Assembly (NCBI GenBank): GCA_964016885.1
Contig: OZ024743.1
Coordinates: forward strand, 17,794,001 to 17,858,000
DNA length: 64,000 nt
Source: Eledone cirrhosa
Taxonomy: Eukaryota
Reading direction: 5' to 3'
This document shows, piece after piece, positions 26,259 to 37,805 of the stretch. Below the pieces are notes generated by a model. It saw only the letters and a program-made list of their open reading frames with translations, did not search any database and was not told where the DNA came from. Position 1 is the first letter of the stretch, and the number at the start of each line of letters is the position of its first letter. A program made the position numbers and the translations under genes.

Positions 26259-27554
26259 AACACTACAATATAATTACCTCATTACCAGAGGTTTCCCGCA
26301 TAAGACGAATACGAACAACATCCTCATTCGTTCGTCGGACAAGGCAATTTAAAACGTAGTGAAATATTTGAAAATCTTTGAATATCTTCACGTTCTACAT
26401 TTTACTTCCCCATTTTCTTTCGCTACCTGATATCAGTCACTTGCGTTTTCCATCCCAGATATATTCTGTTGTTTCGCAGCCGATTTTATATTTGTACTCA
26501 TTTATTCATACGGCTTGTTTATAATCTGTATCTATGTTTGTGAGTGTGCTTATGTGTGTATACGTTCAGTATATGTATACGAACGCCTCCGCATGTGTGC
26601 GTGCGTACGTATATATATGTGTGTGTATGTGTGTTTTTATATCTATGTTTTTAACATACGTATCTATAGGTGTGTGTGTATGCGGGTGAATGCATGTGTA
26701 TGTATATGTGTGTATATGTATATGTATGTATGGGCGTGTATGTATATATGTATATATATATAGTCGCGTATGTACGTGTGATTAGATATACATGAGGCGA
26801 TATATATATATATATATATACGTGCCTCGTCTGTAAGTATGTGCGCATGCATGCGCTTTTGTCTGTACGTATTTGTGTGTATAAATATGTTGTTATATAT
26901 ATATGTGTATGTACGTGCGTACCTATGTTGGTTTTATTTTCTCTAGTGTTAATTGATTACTTTCTCTTTCATTTAAACACATTTTTCATTCTCATATATT
27001 GTTTAATTTTTATACATATATCGAGAATGACACTTCTTTTTACTATTACACTCCCTTCCCTCTTTATCTTCCGCATATAAGTGACCGCGTGTGTGTGTGT
27101 GTTTATACGCGTGCTTTCATACTCGTATGTGTATATATTTAATACCTGTATCTGGATGTGTGTTAACTATATTATTTTACAATTTATTTTTCAACTCATA
27201 TTATATACGTATTTGTGTTCACATATACACAAATATACTTGCCTTTATATATGTACTTACGCACACATTTTCACTATACACATGCATTTGAACATACACA
27301 CATATGTACATTTGTGAGTGTATATACATACATATACACATACCCTAACTATATTTCCTTATTTTATTATATATATCTTGCATCACTTTTATTTATATAT
27401 TTTTTGCCCGTTAAACTCTTGCATTTCTTGAGGAGACTTTTCAAATATTTCACTATGTTTTAAATTGCATTGTCCTCGAACGAATGAGGACGTTTTTCGT
27501 ATTCGTCTTATTCGGGAAACCTCTGGTAATGAGGTAATTATATTGTATTGTTTA

Positions 27555-28538
27555 CTAGCAGTAAAGCCCGGCGTTGCTCGGGGTCGCTCAGTAGCTGTGT
27601 TAAAGTTACAATGTTAAGTTTCTTTCTTGGCTTAAAAACTGTAGTGTCTACTGTGCAGACTTGCATGTGGTGTTTTTGATTAATATTCCCTCAACCAACA
27701 ATATGCCTTATGAAGTTAAGAAAACATAACGATAACCCGAATGTTATAACAAAAGAGGATGCTGGGGATAGAAACTGCACTGGTTATTTATTAACAAAGA
27801 TCGAAAATGTAAACACTGCAACGCAGAGAAAAACATTAGCGTAACCAAATTATCAGTTATGTCTGTCTGCACGCCTATATCACCTCTCTGCACGACTGTC
27901 TGTCTGCACGCCTATATCACCTCTCTGCACGACTGTCTGTCTGCACGCCTATATCACCTCTCTGCACGACTGTCTGTCTGCACGCCTATATCACCTCTCT
28001 GCACGACTGTCTGTCTGCACGCGTATATCACCTGTCTGCACGACTGTCTGTCTGCACGACTGTCTGTCTGCACGCCTAACGACGAAATATTTGCTTGTTT
28101 TACGTAGTCTTTAAATAGACTTGTTTTCAAGTAAAAATATTGTTTTAAAATGCTTTTAAATGGAAATGAAGCAAAACGGAAGCTTAGTGTTCGAACTGAT
28201 GAATTTTGCAGGTCAATATTTTGCTGGCTCGACAACTGTTCGTGTATTGTGTTAATGTCATTTTAAACGCTGAGAAAGCCAGCGTAATTTTTTACGTAAG
28301 ACGCTCAATGTAAACAGAACAAAGGGAAATAACTGATAACTTACGCTCAAAAATCGATACATTATATTCGATTTCGTCACATAGGGTGGGTCAATTTGAA
28401 ATATTTTTTTCTGATGTCTTCGCTAGGGCTCAATGTACAAGTATAGCAATTTCGGTGCAATTCCGTCAGAGATTCTAAGAGGAGATGTGTGCCAAAAATC
28501 GATAGACAGACAGACAACCACAGTTTTATATATATAGA
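27555..28538 (-). mobile_element. Non-autonomous Helitron
   Basis: Minus strand starts a|TCTATATATATAAAA and ends cccgagcaacgccggg hairpin + CTAG|t; inserted between A and T without TSD (empty site tgtttattata seen in the partner arm at 26255). Confidence 0.85.
27860..28077. repeat. 37-bp minisatellite (~5-6 units)
   Basis: gactgtctgtctgcacgcctatatcacctctctgcac repeated at 27894, 27931, 27968 and onward, with shorter derived units. Confidence 0.9.
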
Positions 28539-28636
28539 TTATACATTAACTTTTGCTCTGGTACTTACATAGAGCACTCTTCACTCCTATGACGTTTTCA
28601 ATTTTCAACGGAAACTTAAATACTTATATATATATA

Positions 28637-30230
28637 TATTTCGTTTCTGAATTTGTTTAGAAAGATTCTTTCTTTATCTGGAAACGGCTGTGGAAACCAA
28701 TATTGTTATACTTTGGGAGGGTCATGTTGCCAATAAGAAACACACGCACCAGTTGGTCTCACTCCAATTTATTATAAATTAAAATAAATTTTTCAAAAAA
28801 TTTAAAAACAATTTATATTTTTTTTATTTTTTCAAAACATTTATAAATTTCCGGTTGATTGGTTGGTTCCACAACCGAACGATTGTTCATATATTGTCAA
28901 AGTTCTTTCGTCACACATTTTCTGACCTCCTCAGTTACTGGGGATTCTTTTCTTTGTGTTGTGCCTCTCCTTTGTTCTGCCCTACGCCATCTTGTTTGTC
29001 TGTGTGCTGTGTGCTTAGTTTGCGCATGCATTGCTTCCGGGTGTCTGTGTCTGTTTTTATTTGTTTATCTATTTGTTTATTTACATGTTACTGGTTGGTT
29101 GCTTGTTCTATGTGATTGTGTTTTCATTTTGTTCTTAATTCTAAGTTGTGGTGTTGCTATTCCATTCATGATTTCTATTTAATGTTGGTTGGAGTTCATT
29201 TATGTTTATTGCCTCTGCGATTTGTCTAAACATTGCGTCTTTTCTGTGTGTATATTTTATTTTTATTTTTATGTTCTCTAATTTGCCCTTATGTTCTATT
29301 TTAGCATGTTGGTGGAATATTGATGATTATTTTCTGTCTTGAAACTCTCGCCAGTGTTCATTTAACCGTTCTCCTATACTACGAGCTGTCTCACATATGT
29401 ACACTATATTCTCGTCTTTACATTGTCCTTCAGTTTATCTTATGCTATATACTATGTTTCTAGTTTTACAGTTAATATGGGGGCTTATTTTACAGATTAT
29501 GCATTTCTTATCTCTACAGGGATGTCTTTTAAAAGGGTATGTATTACTAATAAGTGTATTTTAATGGAGGTACCTGGTCTTTCTACTATCTTAATATTAA
29601 GTTTAAGTTTATCTAGGTCCTTCTAAATTTGTAAGCTAGTTCACCTCTAGGGGCTGTATTGATGAACATTACACTCTGGTGAATGGAGTTAGCTCTTCGC
29701 TGGATGCTTTCCAGGGTTTTTTCTCTAATTCCTGACTATTCTCTAGTGGGACTGCTTTTACTACGATGTTTATATCATCAACGTAGCGAGAGTACATTAT
29801 CAGGGCTAAGAGGTTGCTGTCTTCTAATAGTTCTTTAAGTTTATTGTCCCACCATACATGAATAGGTTAGCTATGTCATTGCAATTCTAACACCAATAGC
29901 TGCTCCCTGTTCTTGGGCATATGTCTTTCCATTAGATTTGAAGATATGTTCCTTAGGGATTAGTTTAATACTGGCCCCCACCGCATGTGCAATCATTTTC
30001 TTTAGCTCATCGTGGTTTTCGGGTGTCCGTATGGCTCTGGTCCACTCGTTCTATCTTTCTGTGTGGGTTTTCTTTGTCATTGACGTAATGGTAGGTGGTC
30101 TGCTTCTTGCTGGTCTTGTGGGGCAGAGGTTGCTAAGTTAATACGTATCTAGATAATCATTACTATAAGTATGTTTAAGTAGGAGTCCCAGCTCACTGGT
30201 ATCAATCCCACGGAATTGACTTGGATTTTT
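28637..30230 (-). mobile_element. Decayed Penelope-like element ending in the family A pLTR/HHR
   Basis: Minus-strand remnants HIFKSNGKTYAQEQGAAIG, MYSRYVDDIN (RT), VYICETARSIGERLNEH (GIY-YIG); then the family A repeat with HHR CTGAGGAg gtca..tgac GAAA at ~28895-28940. Confidence 0.8.
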
Positions 30231-30249
30231 CTGTGGAGAAATGAGTAGA

Positions 30250-32657
30250 AATGATCAGTGAGAGCAATGTTGGACCCAGAAGGTAAGTTGATGGAGCTGG
30301 ACGTGACCAGCGGAGACGGAGAATCTTTCGGGCTAGTGGCCATCTATGAACCGACAGGAGCAGGGCAGCCTGATTTCTTCCGGCGTCTGGAGAACTTTCT
30401 TGCAACGTCCCGCTCTTTAGTGTTAGTGCGCGTCTGGAACGGGATCTTAGATGCACGCTGAGACTGTGTGGGATTAGCGGATAGGGGAGGCGGTGTAAGA
30501 GTCTCACCAACCTGCTCATGCGTTTTGAACTGTCTGACATGTACCGTTTTGATTTCCCGAATGTGCCAATGTGGATTGGACAAACCGCATTGGGTCATCC
30601 AGATCATATCTAGATAGAGTATTTTGTAGGAAAATAGATAGGGCTGGCATAGGCGGTCGACGATTCCAGATAGAGAGCTAGACGGACCACAAATTCGTGA
30701 TATGTGTGGTTGGATTACATAGGCTTCATAGACAAGGAACCGGCAACTGGAAGCTAAACGCGTCATTAACAGCGCGCAAGGCATACAGACACAGAATTAG
30801 CGAACTAGTTAAGCGGGCATTGATGGGGGCCATCGTCAAACAAGTGGTATATTGCTCTGAAAAGAGCAATTAGAATAGAGTCCATTAGGTTTAGTAAGGA
30901 TTTAGCAATTGAGAAAAATAGAGCAGAGGGAGAGCAAATTAGAAAATTAGACGTGGCGCTTAGCAAAGGCGTAATTGCGGTGAAATTGGGCGTTGAGCAA
31001 TTATTCAATGCAAAGCATGAAGGCTGCGTTGTCAGAGCTAGGGTGCGTGCCCTTAGTCACGAGGGGACCAAAGCCGTTTAATGGGCTGGATTGCGGAGGC
31101 GCGTCGTGGCAACAAAGCCTCGATCCGGTCTTTGCTGGACCACGACGGGTGCATGCTACTCGATCCCGGGCAGATGTTTGATGCTTTTCAGAGACACTTT
31201 TCTCAGCTGTTCGGGGGGAAGCGGCGGGCAAGATGGTGGGATGGACTTTAGTGTCTACCTTGAGGGACTGCCTCGGCTCTCGGCCACTGAGGCCGAGTAT
31301 TACGATAAGCCGATAACAGCAGCTGAAATACGGGAGGCAATGATTGGCTACACAAGCGGTACATCGCCTGGTTTGGATGGTCTGCCCTACGAACATTACG
31401 TACAGATGCCAGACTTGTTCGGAGGCCTCTTGGTGGGCGTCTACTGCAACTGGCCACAGAACGGGAGAATACCCAGCTCTGTGAGCCGAGGAGCGGTGAG
31501 GCTGCTGAGAAAAGATCCGAACAAGTGGGATAACATAGATAATTTCAGACCCATAATTCTGCTAAAGACATGATTCAAGATTTGTCCAAGGTGATATCAA
31601 AGAGGTTGGCACTTATCGTTGGTGGCCTGATGGGAGAGGCGTAATCATGCGCCATTTCAGACAGATCCATCCACGACAACCTCCACTTAATGCGATACAT
31701 CGTGGAGAGGGTAGCTAAGGAGATGGTAGCTGGGTCCTTGATCAATTTAGATCAGTCGAAAGCTTTCGATATGGTCGACGATCGTTATCTGGCGGCTGTC
31801 CTTCGGGCGGCTGGCTTTGGGCCCATCTTCAGAGACTGGATCGCTACCATGCACACCGACATCTGCTGTGTGGTAAGAATGAACGGTCACCTTTCAGAAC
31901 CGTTCAACATCATGCGCTCGGTCCGCCAAGGATGTCCCCTCTTGTCCCTCTTGTACGTATTGCATCTCGAGTCATTACTGCACAAACTGTCCGAGTCGCG
32001 CGCAGGGCGACGAAACCGTCATGCACACACTCGTCCAGTGTCCAAGCATTGCTGACTTGTGGGTTTATATCGAACACCTGTTTATATCGAACATGTAGGA
32101 CAGATCCGGCTAACAGCTGAGTCCACTGTCAGGATTGCCCCGCCCTCTTCCTTTAGCCGGGAAGGGCAGGCAGTTTTTATCTGTCTGGTGGACATGGTGA
32201 AAGAGATAGTATGGTGCACACGTTTGAAAGGGCTGAAGGAGAGCACTTACCTCTTCGGTGATGCCCTGATTAACATTTTCAAATTTCATTTGAAAATGAA
32301 AATCAGGGTAAAGAGGGAAGTGCTCTCTTCCCAGCATTTTGTTGAAAGATGGCTGAGCGAAGCAAGTATGGCACGAGTGAATGGGCCTATTCTAAGTATG
32401 TGTCTGTAAATTAAAGGTGGAAAACTGGGAGAGGGCACTTGCTCTGGTGGTCAGGGTCACTGTGGCCTTTGAATGGGCTTTCTCCACAAATGTCCCTCGG
32501 AAGTCTCCCCCCTATTGGGGAATATTTCATTGTTATTTTTTGTTACATCCTGTTTTTGTTTTTTTACACGCAAAAATGCCCATTTGTACCGTCCTGTATT
32601 GTCCTGTACTGTCCTTAATGTCTACTTTATATAAAGACTTGTGGTTAATAAAGAAAG
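30250..32657 (+). mobile_element. L1/Tx1-clade LINE, decayed and internally deleted
   Basis: APE remnant (LVAIYEPT..FFRRL), RT remnants SPGLDGLPYE, NFRPIILL, LDQSKAFD, VRQGCPL; 3' end homologous to the 54473-56057 copy. Confidence 0.8.
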
Positions 32658-32688
<31 letters not shown>

Positions 32689-35600
32689 GTTCTTTGAGTC
32701 TCAGACGTTTATGTTATTTAACTGGAAAGTTTGTTGAAATGAATACAAAGCTGCTACCTGCAGCCTCAGATATTCAGGACGTATCGGAGGGTTCTTGCTG
32801 TTCCCAGCAAGCATGTCTTTAGAAGTGTTCCAAAAAGCATTGTTGGACTAATCTTCTTTACCCATCCCTGGAAAGTCCTTGAAATAGATATATTAGTACG
32901 CCTATGACAATCGGGACCGCTTTGACATCATGACAGTTGCAAATCCTTTTTACCTACCACTTTAAGTCCTGGTATCGGTTAATTTTCTCCCTCTCCTTCT
33001 CTTGCATTCTCGTGTCGAATGGGCAGACCACATCCACAATCAGGCACGATCATTTTTCCTTGTCCAAAACCACCAGGTCAGATCTTACAGAACCTTCACC
33101 TAATCGTTTTCTAGCACCGACTCTGCCTAATGCTCATACCACTTCTCAGAATGTGGTAACTTGTTTACTTTGCATAGGTGCAAGTGGATAACCCTGCCCA
33201 TTACATCATGTCTCCAGCCTATATAGTGAGTCTGGCCTAGGTGTTTACACTCGGATACAATGTGAGCCACAGTCTCCTCTCTCTCTCCACAGTGGGCTAG
33301 CCTCCTTGTGAATATGGTGTTTCAGCCACTTCGTTTTGAGGGCCTGCTCCTGCGCAGCCATAAGCATTCCTTATATAGTCTTTTTTAAGGTCTCCTCTTT
33401 TCAACCAGTTCCAATGTCTGTGGATCTCTGAATTCCGTTTTCTCAAAGAAGGTACTATGAAGGGATTTTCCATGAAGGTTGCTCTTTCTCCTTGTTGTTA
33501 TTTCCTCCTTGGAAATCACTTGGTCTATTGTGCACTCTTTCTGTACAATTCGGAGCATTGACTCCTTACTATCGGTCACGTATTTGTGTAGGTTGTTTTT
33601 CTCCATCTGAACACAGACCTCTATGCTGATAAGACCTCTTCCACCTTCAGATCTCCTTAAGTAGAGTCTATCGACATCACTCCTCTTGTGGAACATGTTG
33701 TAGATAGTCAATAGCTTCCTAGTCTTACTATCCATTTCTTTTTTATTCAGCAACAATCCATCTCAGAATTCCCGCACTGTACCTAATAATAGACACAGCT
33801 CAGGAATTTAATGCACTTATGGCATTCCTACTGTTCAGATGTGACTTTAATACGCTTCTTACTCTCCGAATGTATTCAGATCTTATCAATTCCTTCATTT
33901 TTTGTCCTTGATGTCATCAGCCTCCAGAAAACACACATACTTGTATCATACCTCAGTGTCAATTTCCCTGGATTTCGTTGCTTCTGCTCAATGTACCCCT
34001 CTTCATCACAAGGACTCCACACTTACTAATACTAAATTGCATACATTTATCATTGCTCAAAATACGGAGAGTGTCAACAAGCACATCCAACGCCTTCACA
34101 CTATTCCCGAAGAGCTTAAGATCGTCCATGAAGAGGAGGTGATTGATAGTAAGCTCTCCCTCTCCCAACCTGTATCCTGCTCTCACTTTTTGCAGTATAA
34201 TGGTCAGTAGCATCAGGGCAAGGACAAACAACAGAGGGGACAGACTATCTTCCTGGAAGATACCTCTCTTGATCTTAACTCTGTTTTCCAGAACTTCATA
34301 CTTTTGCTCAACAACTGTCTGATGTTATATGCCACTCTGAAGAGCTCTAGGCTTTTGGTAATCGAAGAATGAGGCACCATTTCAAATGCATTTTGTAGTC
34401 TATCCATCCCATGGCAAGACTAGTGTGTCTTCTATTACAATTCCTCATTACCATCTTGTCAATAAGTAACTGGTCCTTTGTACCAGGGGACCTCTTTCGG
34501 CATCTTTTCTGTTCGTCCGGTAACAAGTTGTTTGTGTGCAGATGATGGTAGATTTCCTCAGACACAATGCTTGTCAACAGTTTCCACATTACAGACAGAC
34601 ATGTGATAGGTCTATTGTTGGTAACATCATTACCCTTGATTCGGTCTTTCATTATCAGAACTGTGGTACATTTTGTCAACCACTCTGGTACCACACCTGG
34701 CATTAAGCAGTCATGGAACATGGTTGTCAGTTTCGGGTGGGGGGATTTTATATTTTTAATCCAATACCCCTGCACACCATCTGGACTTGGTGATTTCCAG
34801 TTGATTAGTTTTTTGGCCTGCCCCTTAAGAGTTTCAACTGTGATACTCAAATCAGTTTGTTTGTGTGCCTGTTCACTAATCTCCTTTTGTATTGTCTCAA
34901 TCCACAATGCCTTGTCATTATGTTTAACATCCTGCTCCCCTATTCCTCTCCAGAATGTCTTAGTTTGTTCCGCCTCAGGTATCAAGTCGTTGCCTCTTTC
35001 TTTCCGTTCAAGCTGTCCAAACAACATCTTCTGGTTGTTGTCAAACATGCCGTTCTGACTATACTGACTGACTCTGCGCTCGTATCGCCTACCTTTTGCA
35101 CTCTTTTCTACAATGCGTTGCATAAAAGCGAGTGGTACATTTTGTCAACCACTCTGGTACCTCACCTGACATCAAGCAGTCATTGAACATGGTTGTCAGT
35201 TTCGGGTGGAGGGATGTTATATTTTTAATCCAATACCCCTGCACACCATCTGGGCTTGGTGATTTCCAGTTGATTAGTTTTTTGGCCTGCCCCTTAAGAG
35301 TTTCAACTGTGATACTCAAATCAGTTTGTTTGTGTGCCTGTTCACTAATCTCCTTTTGTATTGTCTCAATCCACACTGCCTTGTCATTATGTTTAACATC
35401 CTACTCCCATATTCCTCTCCAGAATGTTTTAGTTTGTTCCGCCTCAGGGATCAAGTCGTTGCCTCTTTCTTTCCCTTCAAGCTGTCCAAACATCTTCTGG
35501 TTGTTGTCGAACATGCGGTTCTGTCTATACTGACTGACTCTGTTCTCGTATCGCTTGATTTTTGCACTCGTTGCTACAATGCGCTGCTTAAGTTCCTCTA

Positions 35601-37716
35601 TGATAATATTTAGCTTTTTCCTCCTAGTTTTGTACTTTATTTCCAGTCTATTTTTAGTGTCTATGTTTTTTAGTGTCCCATTCAGTAGGGACACAGGCTT
35701 TCCAATGTCATATCTCATTTCCCTGATTTGACAACTCAGTCGCTTCTTCCACCAAGGCTCTGCTCTTTCTTGTCTGTTGTTTCCTCTCGCTTTCATACCA
35801 AGTAGTTTCTCACCGTATTTGCTGTTGCTTTTAGGATATTGTTGCACTGGTGAAGGCTCCTCGCCTTAAGGTATGGGATGACTTTGTTTACCTTAGCTGT
35901 TGTTTCTTTTAACTTTTTCCTGTCTACAAAACTTATGTTCATAGGTCTCCCACTATCATTGTTCAATTCATCTACCACTAAGTTTAAGGTATCAACCAAA
36001 TCTTGTCCTAGCCCGTCAGCATTCATCTTCTCAGTGGCCGTATCTCTGTTCCAGGTACTATTTATCTCAGCATTCAGATCATTGTCTGCTTCGGGTGGTT
36101 CCTCCGTTCTCTCGACCGCTTCACCTTCATTTCCCGCTGGCTCGTTTGCCTGGCATGCTCCACTCTCCATCTCCAAGCTAATCTCTCTGCTGAGTTCCTT
36201 CAGTTCCAGCTCGCTTATGCACTCATTAGTTCTTATTACCCGAGCCTGCCCGGCCAATTTTTGTTCATCTAATTTAAATAGACCAATCTCGTTCCAGATG
36301 TTATGCATCCGTTTCCTATAGCCTTTCTCCTTGGGGTTACTCTTCAGGTAACATTGCATAACAGTTCTATTCAATTATTTCGTCCAGTTGGTTCTGGTCC
36401 CTTTCCTTATTCTTCTTCCTCCGACACCAGCAGTGTTTGGTTGACAGCCTGGTCCCTGCTGCTGAGCCAGGAAGCAGTGTTGGGTGAGAGTCTGTCACAT
36501 GACATTCTAGTCTCCATTTCACCGTTATTCGAACTGTTTAGGTTCGACATTTAAACACTCTTATCGAGGATTGGCGAATGTATGGTTACATAACCACCGG
36601 TGAATTCATCCTCTCCGGTGGTTTCGTCACTCCACGTGAATTTTGGGTGGCATTATCACGCTGTAGACGAACACAAATAAACAAACAAACAAACAGCCAG
36701 AAAAAACCCCAAAAATGAATAAGCATAAGTTTCATTTTAATGTAGTGTCTGAATGTCTGACTTAGTTTTTCCCTTCCCTTCCCTGTCCGTCTGTTTGTTC
36801 TTCTCTTCATTCTTATTTTCTTTACGTTTTTCTTTGTTGCTGTGCTGCTTTGATTTTGATTTTTGTTTTTTGATTTGACCGGGTCATCAATTCAGTCTAT
36901 TTATATATGTTGATGCCTTCCTCTTTTAGTGAGAATTCTACAATATAGCAGGGGCTAGCGGGAGTGAATAGCGGCGGTAGTGATAATGAGGTAGTGGTGG
37001 TGGTGGTGGTGGCGGTGCTGTGCTAGCAGCAACTAGCAAGAGGTAGTGGGAGAGAATAGCGGCGATAGCGATAATGAGGCAGTGGTGGTGGTGATGTGGT
37101 CGTATTACTGTAGTGATGGTGTTGAAGATGGAGTAGAAATTTGAGTCGACTTGACCAGAGTTTTCATCATGGTAGTGGTGGTGGTGTTGGTGATGAAATT
37201 ATCTTTATTGAAATTATCGTTAGTCGTGTATATGTGTTGACATATTTCCATAATATTGGAATTAAACATGTTGTTAAAACTAAAACTTGAGGAAATAATA
37301 ATAGTAATTATTATTATTATGCTGAGATTGGTGGTGGTGGTGGTGGTGAAATTGCCGTTATCTGGCTGTTGTGTTTAGTGTACACATAGGGGTGATGGGG
37401 TAGGTGGTGTATCTAGTTTCTGATGTAGGTGAAATTGCTGTTATTTGGCTGTTTATATAGTGTAGACAGAGGGGGTTTTCTTCCATTTATAACCATTTTC
37501 TTTTTTTGAATATGTAAATGTATAATACAAAATTGAATATTTGAGAGATGTAACAATATATTATGGATCCGAAATTTGTTGGGACTCAAGCCGGATGTTT
37601 TATGTATCATTTGTACTAAGAATTGTTATTTTACAATTGATTTAAATATGTTAAAAAATCAAAACTTACGGGAGCGATTTCACGACCTTCTATCCACCAT
37701 GTGCGTCTGCCTCCCC
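32689..37716 (-). mobile_element. R4/Dong-like RLE LINE, decayed full-length copy
   Basis: Colinear with 37806-42316 including the 5' UTR; many frameshifts and deletions; (ATT)n on both sides. Confidence 0.9.
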
Positions 37717-37738
37717 TATATTATTATTATTATTATTA

Positions 37739-37794
<56 letters not shown>

Positions 37795-37805
37795 GTTATT
37801 GTTAT

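Larger units (their letters stand above)
26255..28625 (+). mobile_element. Non-coding inverted-repeat HHR element (arms 26255-26377 and 27435-27554, tail 28539-28625), interrupted by a Helitron
   Basis: Arms are diverged reverse complements; each folds as ttgccttgt CCGACGA a cgaatgag..cttattcg g GAA acc(tct)ggt A atgaggtaa; interior is decayed TA/TG repeat. Confidence 0.65.

Noticed and set aside
27860-28077. 37-bp repeats resembling a CRISPR array in unit size
   Set aside because: The units are contiguous with no unique spacers, there are no cas genes, and the context is a eukaryotic Helitron.
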